This document shows, piece by piece, positions 38,352 through 48,253 of a stretch of 64,000 nt of DNA. Position 1 is the stretch's first letter, and each line of letters begins with the position of its first letter. The translations under genes and the position numbers were made by a program. The DNA lies in the NCBI GenBank assembly GCA_018669975.1, contig JABHSK010000002.1, positions 5,535 to 69,534 of the forward strand, read 5' to 3'. A model generated the notes under the pieces. That model worked only from the letters and a program-made list of their open reading frames with translations, did not search any database and was not told where the DNA came from. Origin of the DNA: Candidatus Parcubacteria bacterium (lineage in GTDB: Bacteria > Patescibacteriota > Patescibacteriia > UBA1558 > GWA2-36-10).

Positions 38352-38939
38352 ATGCAAAAAATTATTCTAGCCTCCGGCTCACCACGCCGCAAACAATTGC
38401 TCAAGCAAATAATTGGTGACAACTTCGTCATTAAAACTAGTTCCTATGAAGAGGATAACGAATTGAATATTCCCCCAAAAGATCTAGTACTTAAACACTC
38501 ACTAGCCAAGGGTCGAGATGTAGCCAACAACTTAGATGAAGGCATAGTCATTTCAGCTGATACTTTAATTTTCTATAAAGGTGAGGTGTTTGGTAAACCA
38601 CACACCGAAGAAAATGCTAGACGAGCACTAAAAAAAATCAGTGGAAAATCTATCGAATGTATTACTGGCATGGCTGTAATCGATGTTAAAGGCAGACAAG
38701 AAGTCCAAGATTATACTATCACCAAACTAAAAATAAAATCCCTAACCGACAAGGAAATTGATGACTATATTAAAGCTGAACAAATTCTAGATCATGCCGG
38801 TTCTTTTGCTTACGAACAAAAAGGGGCTGTCTTAATAGAATCAATCGATGGCTGTTATTACAATGTTATTGGTCTACCACTAAATAAACTTCACCAAATA
38901 CTAAATAAACTTGGTGTATCTAGCTTTGATTATAAATAA
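38352..38939 (+). CDS. maf: Maf-family nucleotide pyrophosphatase
   Basis: ILASGSPRRKQLL...SADTLIFYKGEVFGKP. Confidence 0.85.
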   Translation: MQKIILASGSPRRKQLLKQIIGDNFVIKTSSYEEDNELNIPPKDLVLKHSLAKGRDVANNLDEGIVISADTLIFYKGEVFGKPHTEENARRALKKISGKSIECITGMAVIDVKGRQEVQDYTITKLKIKSLTDKEIDDYIKAEQILDHAGSFAYEQKGAVLIESIDGCYYNVIGLPLNKLHQILNKLGVSSFDYK

Positions 38940-39007
38940 AGCTTACCTACCAATATTTAGGGCTTAAGTATTGACTAATTATACCTTTTACTATATATTA
39001 ACTGGCT

Positions 39008-39973
39008 ATGCAAAATCATAAATTGACCAGCCAAGCTATATACCAGCAAATAGATCGAGCCCACAAGATACTCTTGATCTCCCATCGTAATCCCGATGGT
39101 GATACCTTGGGTTCAAATTTTGCTATGTTCAATTTTCTCAAAAATCAAGGAAAAGAAGTTACTAGTTTCTGTGTAGATCCAGTTCCCAATTATCTAAACT
39201 TTCTGCCAGATAGTCACAATCTTAGCAATGACCATAGGGTCTTCACCAAAACCTATGACACTGTTATTACTTTAGACTGTTCTACTATAGAACTAACTGC
39301 TGCTGAATATCTTCTCCAAGCCATCCCTTCCAAATATACCTTTATAAACATCGACCACCATGTTTCTAATCCTGGCTACGGTGATATAAGTCTAGTTTCA
39401 CCACAGACATCCTCTACCGCTGAATTACTACACAACCTGTTTATGGACTGGAAGATTGAATGGAATGAAAACATTGCTACCAACCTAGCCTGTGGAGTCA
39501 TTACTGATACCGGCGGTCTAAAAAATCCTGCTACTAGCTATCAATCTTTATCCGCTACCTCTGACTTAGTTAATAAGGGTGCTAATATTCATAAAATAAT
39601 GAATGTTACACTCAACCAAACAAGTATCAACAAACTCAAACTCTGGGGACGCGCTTTAGAAAGATTAACTAAAGTAGAAAAATATAATCTAGTCTATACT
39701 TTTATAACCATAAAAGACTTTGAAGAATGCCAAGCAGATGAAGACGCCAGCGAAGGCATGTCTAATTTTCTGCATGTCCTCAAAGAGGGCGAAGTTATTT
39801 TAGTATTACGAGAAGTTGGAAATAATACTATCAAAGGTTCGCTACGTACTACCGGTAAAATAGATTTAACTAAAATAGCTGGCCTATTTGGTGGTGGTGG
39901 ACACAGAAAAGCAGCTGGCTTTAGCTTGTCAGGTAAGCTGGATTATGATAATAATAAACTGAGGATTATTTAA
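39008..39973 (+). CDS. nrnA: bifunctional oligoribonuclease/pAp phosphatase NrnA (DHH/DHHA1)
   Basis: HRNPDGDTLGS, NIDHHVSN, GGGGHRKAAGF. Confidence 0.8.
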   Translation: MQNHKLTSQAIYQQIDRAHKILLISHRNPDGDTLGSNFAMFNFLKNQGKEVTSFCVDPVPNYLNFLPDSHNLSNDHRVFTKTYDTVITLDCSTIELTAAEYLLQAIPSKYTFINIDHHVSNPGYGDISLVSPQTSSTAELLHNLFMDWKIEWNENIATNLACGVITDTGGLKNPATSYQSLSATSDLVNKGANIHKIMNVTLNQTSINKLKLWGRALERLTKVEKYNLVYTFITIKDFEECQADEDASEGMSNFLHVLKEGEVILVLREVGNNTIKGSLRTTGKIDLTKIAGLFGGGGHRKAAGFSLSGKLDYDNNKLRII

Positions 39974-39988
39974 AAATAAATAAAAATT

Positions 39989-40561
39989 ATGCTTATACCT
40001 ACAGTCATAGAAAAAACTCCAGGCGGTGAAAGAGCCTACGATATATATTCACGCTTACTTAAAGAAAGAATCATCTTCTTAGGTGACGCTATCGATGACA
40101 GAGTAGCTAACTTAGTAATTGCTCAATTACTTTTTTTAGATTCACAGGATAAAAATCAAACAATTAAAATGTACATAAATTCACCTGGTGGTTCTGTAAC
40201 CGATGGACTAGCCATCTACGACACTATGCAACATGTCAAAAGCCCGATCTCAACTATCTGCGTGGGTATGGCAGCCTCTATGGCAGCTGTATTACTATCT
40301 GCTGGTGAAAAAGGTAAGAGATTTGCTCTACCTAACTCAGAAATACTAATTCACCAAATTATGGGCGGCGCTACTGGACAAGCTAGCGACATAAAGATCA
40401 AGGCTGAACAAATTTTAAAACTTAAAGACAGGTTAAATAAAATCTTACAAAAACACACTGGCCAAGTTTTGAAGACTATTGAAGGAGACACCGATCGTGA
40501 TTATTATATGGCTGCCGAAGAAGCTAAAAAATACGGTCTAATAGATAAAATTATAAAATAA
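39989..40561 (+). CDS. clpP: ATP-dependent Clp protease proteolytic subunit
   Basis: 190 aa; catalytic triad context GMAASMAA (Ser), IHQ (His), ...DRD; high identity to ClpP throughout. Confidence 0.95.
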   Translation: MLIPTVIEKTPGGERAYDIYSRLLKERIIFLGDAIDDRVANLVIAQLLFLDSQDKNQTIKMYINSPGGSVTDGLAIYDTMQHVKSPISTICVGMAASMAAVLLSAGEKGKRFALPNSEILIHQIMGGATGQASDIKIKAEQILKLKDRLNKILQKHTGQVLKTIEGDTDRDYYMAAEEAKKYGLIDKIIK

Positions 40562-40584
40562 TCTTAACAAAAAGTAGACCCTCT

Positions 40585-40612
40585 TTTACAATTTGCTAAA
40601 ATATGATAATAT
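40585..40612 (+). promoter_or_regulatory. sigma70-like promoter (TTTACA-16-TGaTAATAT) driving the clpP-rny spacer transcript
   Basis: -35 TTTACA, TG-extended -10 read in the sequence. Confidence 0.4.
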
Positions 40613-40618
40613 ATTTCT

Positions 40619-40745
40619 CAAGGTGGGTGTTGGGGGTTATTTAACCTTCTACAAAAAACCCACCACGAGACCATCAGTGTTTGACGTCATTCGTAGCCGA
40701 AAGACTTTGGATGATGCCATACTATATACTGATGGTCTTTTTTGT
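40619..40745 (+). ncRNA. candidate ~125-nt structured small RNA (unknown family) ending in an intrinsic terminator
   Basis: promoter upstream; 7-bp helix GGTGGGT/ACCCACC; terminal 10-bp helix gaccatcagt/actgatggtc followed by TTTTTT; the overlapping 74-aa ORF (40593..40817) has no SD and is odd in composition. Confidence 0.25.
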
Positions 40746-41029
40746 TTAAAAACAGCCCTTTCTGTGGGGTTGATTTTTGACATCATTTATGGTAGAGTAG
40801 CTAACGAGGACAAATAGATTATTTGGAAATCCTCTATTAAAAAGTAATTTACTGTTTGGATTTTTATACATTTTAATGTTTAAATACCTACTTCTATTCA
40901 AAAATACTACTGTAAAATAATAATGAAATTAACAATTACGGTAAAAATTTTCTAAATTAAGCTAGAAACCTAAAAGATTAGGTTATTTAAATATTCTCCT
41001 AAAAACAGTAAACTGGAAAGTTTGTAATA

Positions 41030-42544
41030 ATGGAATTTATATGGTTAATTGCCGCTTTGGTCGTTGGTGTAATTTTTGGTTTTATCATAAAAAAAGCACT
41101 GACCAGCAAAACTATCAGCTCTGCTGAAAGAAAAGCTGAAACCATATTGTCAGAGGCTAAACAAAAGTCTAAAGACGCCCTTTTGGAGTCAAAAGACAAA
41201 GCACTGACCGTAATCGAAGAGGCTAAAAAAGAAGAAAAGGAAAGACGAAAACAACTTCAAGGTATAGAAAATAGATTAGCTACCCGTGAAGGTTTGTTTG
41301 ATAAAAAAATTCTAGAAATTGAAGGCAGTAAGCAAAAAATTGCTGATGCCCAAAAGCAACTAGATAAAAATAAACAAGAGATCAAGCGCATCAAGGATGA
41401 TCAAATAGCTAAGCTAGAAAAAATTGCTGCTTTGACTAGAGAAGAAGCCAAGGATGTTTTGATCAAAAATACTGAATTACGCATGAAAGACGAGCTCTTG
41501 CATCGTATTCGTAAATTAGAAGACAATGCTACTGAAGAATTAGAGGGTAAGGCTAAAAAAATACTTAGCTCAGTCATCGAAAGATGTGCTGCCCCCCACA
41601 CCGTTGAAACTACTACTACTTCTGTATCACTTCCTAATGAAGAAATGAAAGGTAGAATTATTGGTCGTGAAGGTAGAAACATTAAAACTATCGAACAGCT
41701 AACTGGAGTAGAAATCATTATTGATGATACACCAGAGACAATACTTATCTCTGCATTTAATCCAATCCGTAGACAACTAGCTAAGCGGACTCTAGAAAAA
41801 CTCATGTCCGATGGCCGTATCCACCCTGGACGTATTGAAGAAACTGTCCAGCAATCTAAAAAAGATTTAGCTTTAGATATCAAAAAAGCTGGTGAAGAAG
41901 CTGTCTATCAGGCTGGAATTGTAGGACTAGATACTAAGTTGGTACAAATATTAGGCCGCCTTAAATACAGAACTAGTTATGGTCAAAATCAACTACAACA
42001 TGGTTTAGAAGTATCACACTTAGCAGGCTTACTAGCAGCGGAATTAAAAGCTGATATTAATGTCTGTAAAAAAGGTGGTTTATTACATGATATAGGTAAA
42101 GCCCTGGATCATGAAATACAAGGCTCACATCCTGATATTGGTTATGACCTAATGAAAAAATTTGGTTTGCCAGAAGATGTGGCTTATATGTCTACTGCTC
42201 ACCACGAAGATAAACCTAAGAGCCTAGAAGGTGTCATAGTTAAAATCGCTGATGCTATTTCTGGTTCACGGCCAGGTGCTAGACGTGATTCTTTTGAAGA
42301 ATATATTCAACGTCTAACTGAGCTTGAAAATACTGCCAAATCATTCGCTGGTGTAGACAAGGTATACGCCATCCAGGCAGGACGTGAAATCAGAGTATTC
42401 GTATCACCAGATGAGATTGATGATTTCAATGCTAATAAACTTGCTCGCGATATCGCTAATAAAATAGAAAGTGAGTTAAAATATCCTGGTGAAATCCGCG
42501 TGACTGTCATCAGGGAAAAAAGGATAACTGAGTATGCCCGATAA
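41030..42544 (+). CDS. rny: ribonuclease Y
   Basis: N-terminal TM, coiled coil, KH domain (IIGREGRNIKTIEQLTGVEIIIDD), HD domain (HDIGKA...). Confidence 0.9.
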   Translation: MEFIWLIAALVVGVIFGFIIKKALTSKTISSAERKAETILSEAKQKSKDALLESKDKALTVIEEAKKEEKERRKQLQGIENRLATREGLFDKKILEIEGSKQKIADAQKQLDKNKQEIKRIKDDQIAKLEKIAALTREEAKDVLIKNTELRMKDELLHRIRKLEDNATEELEGKAKKILSSVIERCAAPHTVETTTTSVSLPNEEMKGRIIGREGRNIKTIEQLTGVEIIIDDTPETILISAFNPIRRQLAKRTLEKLMSDGRIHPGRIEETVQQSKKDLALDIKKAGEEAVYQAGIVGLDTKLVQILGRLKYRTSYGQNQLQHGLEVSHLAGLLAAELKADINVCKKGGLLHDIGKALDHEIQGSHPDIGYDLMKKFGLPEDVAYMSTAHHEDKPKSLEGVIVKIADAISGSRPGARRDSFEEYIQRLTELENTAKSFAGVDKVYAIQAGREIRVFVSPDEIDDFNANKLARDIANKIESELKYPGEIRVTVIREKRITEYAR

Positions 42545-43340
42545 AACTAAGATTATATTTTTGGGTGATATCTCTGGCGTTTTAGGAAGACAAGGCGTCA
42601 AAGAAATCATTCCCCAGTGGAGAAAAAAATATTCCCCGGATATTTTTATTGCCAATATTGAAAACCTAGCACACAACAAAGGCGTCACACTCAAAACAAT
42701 GCAAGAAATGCATGATGCTGGTGTAGAAATCTTTACTGGTGGAAATCACATTTGGAAAAAATATGACATAGATCAATTGGCTGCAGAAACTGATTACAAA
42801 ATAGCCTGCCCAGCCAACGATCATCGTGCTCCAAAAAAATACCTGTACCAACTAACTGAAGTGGCGGGTGCTAAACTGGCTGTCATTAATCTCAATGGAA
42901 GAACTTTTATTGATTTTGAAGATGAACCTCTTAGTAATCCTTTTCACAAAGTAGACGAGTTGTTAAAAAAGATACCTAAAAATACTAATATAATAATCGA
43001 CCTGCACGGTGAAGCTACCAGCGACAAAAGAGCTATGGGCTTATATCTTGATGGTCGTGTTTCAGCTGTTCTAGGCACACATACTCATGTTCCAACTGCC
43101 GATGCTCAGATATTGGAAAAAGGAACTGGATACCTTACTGATATCGGAATGGTTGGTGCTTACCCATCAGTTTTAGGAATTAAAAAAGAGATTATTATCG
43201 AAAAATTTCTATCTGATGAAAAAATACGCCATGATTTACCTAAAACTGGTCAAATTGAGGTAAATGCAGTATTATTAGAAATAGATAACCAAACAAATAA
43301 AACTTCCAAAATAGAATTACTAAGAGAAATTATAAATTAA
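42534..43340 (+). CDS. ymdB: YmdB-like 2',3'-cyclic-nucleotide phosphodiesterase (calcineurin-like metallophosphoesterase)
   Basis: KIIFLGDISG...GGNHIWKK..DLHGEATSDK..GTHTHVPTAD; conserved position directly after rny as in Firmicutes. Confidence 0.8.
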   Translation: MPDKTKIIFLGDISGVLGRQGVKEIIPQWRKKYSPDIFIANIENLAHNKGVTLKTMQEMHDAGVEIFTGGNHIWKKYDIDQLAAETDYKIACPANDHRAPKKYLYQLTEVAGAKLAVINLNGRTFIDFEDEPLSNPFHKVDELLKKIPKNTNIIIDLHGEATSDKRAMGLYLDGRVSAVLGTHTHVPTADAQILEKGTGYLTDIGMVGAYPSVLGIKKEIIIEKFLSDEKIRHDLPKTGQIEVNAVLLEIDNQTNKTSKIELLREIIN

Positions 43341-43350
43341 CCATAAGCTT

Positions 43351-43635
43351 ATGAATAAAGCGCAGTTAATTGAAACAGTGGCTATCAAGGCGGGAGTCAG
43401 CAAAAAAGAAGCTGAGGATGTACTACAAGCCCTTGAAGACGTGGTCATAGAAAGACTAAAACAAGGCAAAGAAGTAACCCTAACTGGCTTCGGTACTTTT
43501 TCTGCTCGTACTAGGAATGCTCGCATGGGTGTTAACCCACAAAATCCTAAAGAAAGGATACAAATCCCTACCGTGATTGTACCCAAATTTAAAGCTGGCA
43601 AAACCTTGAAAGACTCATTAAAAAATACACAATAA
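43351..43635 (+). CDS. hup: DNA-binding protein HU
   Basis: 94 aa; MNKAQLIETVA...GFGTFSARTRNARMGVNPQNPKERIQIP. Confidence 0.9.
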   Translation: MNKAQLIETVAIKAGVSKKEAEDVLQALEDVVIERLKQGKEVTLTGFGTFSARTRNARMGVNPQNPKERIQIPTVIVPKFKAGKTLKDSLKNTQ

Positions 43636-43696
43636 TATACCCGCCTCCTATTACCCTTTCAATTAGAAGGGGTAATGTTGTTTTACTTATATAAAT

Positions 43697-44362
43697 ATGG
43701 ATTTAACTCTAAAAAAAATAAAAAAAGACCCCCGCATTAATTCTTTTATCGATCAAACAGAAAGATATATTAGGGCCTTGGGATATACTGATCATGGTCG
43801 TCGACATATAGACATAGTTAGTGATCGCTCAAAAATGATTGCCCGTAAAATAGGTCTTAGTACTCACGAACAAGAGACCTCTGCTATTGCTGGCTGGTGT
43901 CATGACATGGGAAATTTTTTAGGAAGGACCCAACATCACTATTGGGCAGGCATCCTTTTCTCACAATGCTATATTGATGAAAGTAATCCTGATGATATTT
44001 CACAAATAATTCAGGCCATTGTTTCACACGATAAAGACGATCTTAAAATAGTTGATAAAGTCACTGCTTGTTTGATTATTGCTGATAAATCAGACGTCCA
44101 CCGTAGTCGAGTATCCAGCAAAAATATAAAACACATCAAAAAAGATATCCATGACCGCGTCAATTACGCTATCACTGATAATAAATTAAGTGTAGACAAA
44201 CAAAAAAAGGCTATTACTTTAAGCCTTAAATTGGATACAAAATTTACTGATATTATGGATTATTTTTCTATCTTTACTGTCAGAATGAACTACTGCCAAA
44301 AAGCCGCTAAATATCTAAAGTATAAATTTCATCTTACTATAAACAACACTAAGATAGCTTAA
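43697..44362 (+). CDS. HD-domain phosphohydrolase
   Basis: HGRRH...HDMGN...VSHDKDD metal-binding His/Asp pattern. Confidence 0.65.
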   Translation: MDLTLKKIKKDPRINSFIDQTERYIRALGYTDHGRRHIDIVSDRSKMIARKIGLSTHEQETSAIAGWCHDMGNFLGRTQHHYWAGILFSQCYIDESNPDDISQIIQAIVSHDKDDLKIVDKVTACLIIADKSDVHRSRVSSKNIKHIKKDIHDRVNYAITDNKLSVDKQKKAITLSLKLDTKFTDIMDYFSIFTVRMNYCQKAAKYLKYKFHLTINNTKIA

Positions 44363-45162
44363 TCTTTATATAAAACCAAACCTATTTTGGGTCCCACAGC
44401 TAGGGACTCTTTTTGGTTCCAATCAGCAATAGAATACATTAGATTCTCGTAAGTATAAATGAAATCGGCTCCAAGCCTAGTACCGGGGTCATTGGTAATA
44501 AACTTATTTTCGGCAAACCCCTTGATAACTAACATATGATATTCTGGTCCGCCATTTCTAAAATTAGGATTATCCAATTTTTTACCATTGGCCGGCACTA
44601 TCACTGGAATACCCTCTCGTAAAAGAGCTTCTATTTTAGCTACTGTTAGGTCAGGGACCAGCTCTGTTTTGTAACCAAAAAATTCTCTAGCTAACTGACT
44701 AGTTTCCCCAATAGTTATATCATAGGTGCCGTTCATAAAATCATCTTGCCAGTCTACCATTTTAATCAAAATATCCTCCACGACTTTTTTGTCCGGAAAA
44801 TTTTTATTTTGATAATAGTGATCAACCATTAAAACACTAGCTTCTTCACAAGCATCCTGAAAAGGTTGCTCCCAATTAGATGTTGGTGCCTGAGAAGTAA
44901 ATGGTACAGCTAAATTAATACTACTAACTTCCGGCTGAGGAGGTAAAATTGGCTCAGAATCAACCACTTCTTCTGACTCCTCCACCTCAACGATCTCCAT
45001 GTCTTGATCGACATCTTCGATGATTTCTTCTCGATCAATAAAATCTTCATATTCCTGAGCTACTGGTAAATCTACTTCCAATAATTCTGGGCCTCTATTT
45101 TTATAAACCCAAGCCAAACCAGCCAAGATAATAATACTTATGATGATGATATATTTTTTCAT
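44359..45162 (-). CDS. secreted/anchored C39-like (BtrH/YvpB-type) putative cysteine peptidase
   Basis: N-terminal signal anchor, acidic linker, QAPTSNWEQPFQDACEEASVLMV (Cys) and GPEYHMLVIKGF (His) blocks. Confidence 0.4.
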   Translation of the reverse strand: MKKYIIIISIIILAGLAWVYKNRGPELLEVDLPVAQEYEDFIDREEIIEDVDQDMEIVEVEESEEVVDSEPILPPQPEVSSINLAVPFTSQAPTSNWEQPFQDACEEASVLMVDHYYQNKNFPDKKVVEDILIKMVDWQDDFMNGTYDITIGETSQLAREFFGYKTELVPDLTVAKIEALLREGIPVIVPANGKKLDNPNFRNGGPEYHMLVIKGFAENKFITNDPGTRLGADFIYTYENLMYSIADWNQKESLAVGPKIGLVLYKD

Positions 45163-45190
45163 AAGTATATCTTAACAGTAAATACTAGCA

Positions 45191-45219
45191 TTGACAATAC
45201 GCTATACTTATAGTATACT
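45191..45219 (+). promoter_or_regulatory. sigma70-like promoter TTGACA-17-TATACT
   Basis: consensus hexamers with 17-nt spacer 55 nt upstream of the ATG at 45276; GGAGG SD follows. Confidence 0.5.
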
Positions 45220-45275
45220 AGCTGATTCCTACGCACCTTACTAAATCCAGTCAAAACATCTTTGGAGGAAATAAA

Positions 45276-45545
45276 ATGAGCATTCTAGACTTAGTCTTCG
45301 GCATACCGCCAATTGTAGCCCTTATAGTGGGCCTCATATCCTGGTGGATCAGAAAACCAAGTATTATGTTCGGCGGACTAGTTTCGCTAATCACCAGCAT
45401 CTTGATTGCTATATTTACAATTTTCGTCCATACGCCCAGTGGCTTTTGGCTAAGCCTATGGCTATTCATTCAATATCCCACCACCCTCTCTGCTATAATA
45501 CTATTCTGGTCTGAACCAGGCGATGGTAATTTAAGAAAGTTTTGA
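45276..45545 (+). CDS. small 3-TM membrane protein (ends in TGA)
   Basis: 89-aa hydrophobic ORF with SD GGAGG 8 nt upstream. Confidence 0.5.
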   Translation: MSILDLVFGIPPIVALIVGLISWWIRKPSIMFGGLVSLITSILIAIFTIFVHTPSGFWLSLWLFIQYPTTLSAIILFWSEPGDGNLRKF

Positions 45546-45587
45546 CACATTAACCTACTGCCCTTTGGTAGTAGGTTTTATTTTTCA

Positions 45588-45616
45588 TTGACAAAAAACA
45601 GCTCGACATATAAAAT
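45588..45616 (+). promoter_or_regulatory. sigma70-like promoter TTGACA-17-TAAAAT
   Basis: lies inside the 5' end of ORF-track ORF 45588..45977; implies the real start is the downstream ATG. Confidence 0.5.
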
Positions 45617-45659
45617 GCCTTTATTGCAAAGGAGAACCTTCAAAAAAGGGAGTTTTAAC

Positions 45660-45977
45660 ATGAAATTATGGCTAATCACAACTGTGGTAATCTGCTTAAT
45701 CAATTTTATCGCGCTAGCGACCATCGGCAAAAATTACAAATCTAATGGCCTAATTAGAGGCGCAACTTTTGCTAGTATTTTCGCCCTCTGGGGTCTCGTT
45801 AGCACACTCTGGCTTAACCACGAAGGACATTGGCTCTATTACCCTTGCGGTCTACTTAGCGCCATATTGACTGGCATCACCTTTTCCATGCTTATTATGA
45901 TACCTGTCCGCTTAAAACGAGAAAAACAAAATCACTTGGACAAGCCGATTGACTCATTTCAACGTAAAGTTTCCTAA
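45660..45977 (+). CDS. small 4-TM membrane protein (start revised to MKLWLI)
   Basis: GGGAG SD 7 nt upstream of ATG 45660; hydrophobic helices. Confidence 0.5.
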   Translation: MKLWLITTVVICLINFIALATIGKNYKSNGLIRGATFASIFALWGLVSTLWLNHEGHWLYYPCGLLSAILTGITFSMLIMIPVRLKREKQNHLDKPIDSFQRKVS

Positions 45978-45983
45978 AATATG

Positions 45984-46012
45984 ACCATCTTGATTTTCAG
46001 GATGGTTTTTTA
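45984..46012 (+). terminator. rho-independent terminator
   Basis: accatc...gatggt stem followed by TTTTTTATTT. Confidence 0.45.
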
Positions 46013-46020
46013 TTTATGTA

Positions 46021-46047
46021 AAAAAAAAGACCTTGCGAAGCAAGGTC
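46021..46047 (-). terminator. rho-independent terminator (minus strand) for the small ORF 46073..46243
   Basis: gaccttg-cgaag-caaggtc hairpin preceded on plus by an A8 run (U-run on minus). Confidence 0.5.
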
Positions 46048-46072
46048 TTTGGATCCTGTATTTTAGCCGTAG

Positions 46073-46243
46073 CTAAAATTGTACGCTCAAAGAACTAGTG
46101 GACATGGAACTAAATGATTCATTCAATAGAATCAAAATGTTGGTAATCAGTTCAACGACCAATACGAATATTCCTGGAGCAAACATCTTGAACAAAATGA
46201 GCAAAAATATCATATTAAAGAATCCGTAAAGAGCTTTAAACAT
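46073..46243 (-). CDS. possible 56-aa hydrophobic peptide (not in ORF track)
   Basis: ATG..TAG ORF MFKALYGFFNMIFLLILFKMFAPGIFVLVVELITNILILLNESFSSMSTSSLSVQF followed by its own terminator; no clear SD. Confidence 0.25.
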   Translation of the reverse strand: MFKALYGFFNMIFLLILFKMFAPGIFVLVVELITNILILLNESFSSMSTSSLSVQF

Positions 46244-46449
46244 ATTTTTGTTGTTAACTTCAAGGCCTTAAGAGAATATTTAAGATGCTGACTATTCATC
46301 TCACGACACATGAAGCGTATCCAAGATATTCTCTGCAGGGCAATAGACTTGAGGCTTTCCAGCCCACTGTCCTGCAGAGAACCTATAATGTAATGAACGC
46401 TTCTACCTTCTATATATAATAAGACGTAATAAAAGTCAAGTTATTACAC

Positions 46450-47967
46450 TTATGCCCCAAAAACTTTATTTCTATACTGTAGAGCCTCTAAAATGTGCTC
46501 ATCCTTTATACTACCGTCATCTCCCAGATCAGCTATAGTTCTAGCTACTTTTAAAATTTTAAAATATGCTCGAGCTGATAACTGTAGCCTATCTACAGCC
46601 TGCTGCAATATTTGTTTACTACTATCGGTAATCTGACAATAAATTTGCATTGCTTTTGGTTCAATATCAGCATTAAGATTAAACTTGTCTCCTTTAAATC
46701 TGTGCGACTGCCTAATTCTAGCTAAATTCACTCGCTGCTGCACAATACTTGATCGCTCAGCCTTGACATCCGACCCACTTAAATCTCCACTCTTCACTTT
46801 CTTAATTAGTAAATGCAAATCTATTCTATCTAATAAAGGGCCTGACAATCTCTTTTGATAACGTTTAATATCAGCTGCACTACAAACACAATTTTTATCC
46901 TGGTCAACCAAATAACCACAAGGGCAGGGATTAGCTGTGGCTAATAAAATAAAATTGGCAGGAAAATCTAAACTACCACGCACTCTAGATACAGTAATCA
47001 ACTTGTCTTCCAACGGCTGCCGTAAAGCTTCTAAAACTTGCCGTGGAAACTCTAATATCTCATCTAAAAATAGAATATTATGATGCGCTAAACTTATTTC
47101 GCCAGGTCGCGGCCATGATCCACCACCAACAATTGCTGAAACTGATGCCGAGTGATGTGGTGAGCGTAACAATCTACTATCTATTAGATAATTATCCTCT
47201 GAAAGCAAGCCAGCTAGACTATGAACCTTGCTAACCTCCAATGCCTCATCAATAGTCATCTCTGGCAAAACAGATAAAAAACTTTTAGCCATTAATGTTT
47301 TACCAGCCCCAGGTGGTCCAACCATTAATAAGTTATGTCCCCCAGCAGCAGCTATCTCCAATACCCTTTTAGCCTCTAACTGACCTTTAACATCTGCTAA
47401 ATCAACAGCTGCTTTAGCCGGCCGTGGTTTAAATTCAAAAAAAGATAAGGAGCCTATGCTTTCCTTATCAGTTAAATGACCTATAAGTTGTTTTAACGTC
47501 TTTACTGGGTATATCTCTATACCTTTCAACACACCGGCCTCTTTAGCGTTTCCGGCTGGTAAAAATACTTGCTTAAAACCCATGTCTTTCAAGCTGGCGA
47601 CCATCACTAGTACACCTGGCACAGCTTTAACTTCTCCTAAAAGAGATAACTCACCAATAAAGGCAATCTTCTTATCTGGCAATATAACATCTCCATTGGT
47701 TTGTAGGACACTAATAGCTATAGACAAATCATAAGCACCACCCTCTTTTCGAATTTGAGCTGGCGCCAAGTTAATAACCACTTTTTTACGGGGAAACTGC
47801 AAATTACTATTTTCAATAGCGGCCCAAACTCTTTCTTTGGCCTCCTGAACAGCTGTATCCGGTAAGCCAACCACAATAATCTTGGGTAGATGCCGAGAAA
47901 AATTTGTCTCTACCTCTACCAAAACTCCCTTGAGACCTATTGGTGCAATTGTATAAACTTTATTCAT
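46450..47967 (-). CDS. comM: YifB/ComM-family Mg-chelatase-like AAA+ ATPase
   Basis: N-terminal Lon-protease-like domain, Walker A GPPGAGKT, C-terminal ChlI domain. Confidence 0.85.
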   Translation of the reverse strand: MNKVYTIAPIGLKGVLVEVETNFSRHLPKIIVVGLPDTAVQEAKERVWAAIENSNLQFPRKKVVINLAPAQIRKEGGAYDLSIAISVLQTNGDVILPDKKIAFIGELSLLGEVKAVPGVLVMVASLKDMGFKQVFLPAGNAKEAGVLKGIEIYPVKTLKQLIGHLTDKESIGSLSFFEFKPRPAKAAVDLADVKGQLEAKRVLEIAAAGGHNLLMVGPPGAGKTLMAKSFLSVLPEMTIDEALEVSKVHSLAGLLSEDNYLIDSRLLRSPHHSASVSAIVGGGSWPRPGEISLAHHNILFLDEILEFPRQVLEALRQPLEDKLITVSRVRGSLDFPANFILLATANPCPCGYLVDQDKNCVCSAADIKRYQKRLSGPLLDRIDLHLLIKKVKSGDLSGSDVKAERSSIVQQRVNLARIRQSHRFKGDKFNLNADIEPKAMQIYCQITDSSKQILQQAVDRLQLSARAYFKILKVARTIADLGDDGSIKDEHILEALQYRNKVFGA

Positions 47968-48168
47968 AAAAAAATCACTTTTCTTCCAAGAAAAGCGATC
48001 TGTTTAATGCAAATAATTGTTTTTATGTTCTGCCCTGGAAACTTGCCCGCTCACCAAAGCCTAACAAAAAACTAACCCATGCCCTACCCCGCCATAGACG
48101 GGGGCACTCTCGCAAATCGCTCTTCTTGTTATTGCCATCTTAGCTCAATCAAAATATTTGTCAAGCAA

Positions 48169-48197
48169 TTGACACCAATCTACCTTTTAGCTAAGCT
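48169..48197 (+). promoter_or_regulatory. candidate promoter TTGACA-17-TAAGCT for the GC-rich cassette
   Basis: good -35, weak -10. Confidence 0.3.
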
Positions 48198-48253
48198 ATT
48201 CATGCCGAAGCTCGGCACAATGTCCTTTCCCATTCTTCCTATTAGGAGACCCT

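Noticed and set aside
40593-40817. 74-aa ORF between clpP and rny as a protein-coding gene
   Set aside because: No SD, overlaps a promoter-hairpin-terminator unit, and its peptide is odd in composition. More parsimoniously it is a small RNA/leader (reported as a candidate ncRNA).
45276-45977. Single gene with UGA readthrough: ORFs 45276..45545 and 45588..45977 are in the same frame, separated only by one TGA
   Set aside because: The spacer contains a textbook promoter (TTGACA-17-TAAAAT) and a GGGAG SD before ATG 45660. This argues for two independent small membrane-protein genes, with the frame continuity coincidental. Only the near-absence of TGA stops elsewhere keeps this mildly open.
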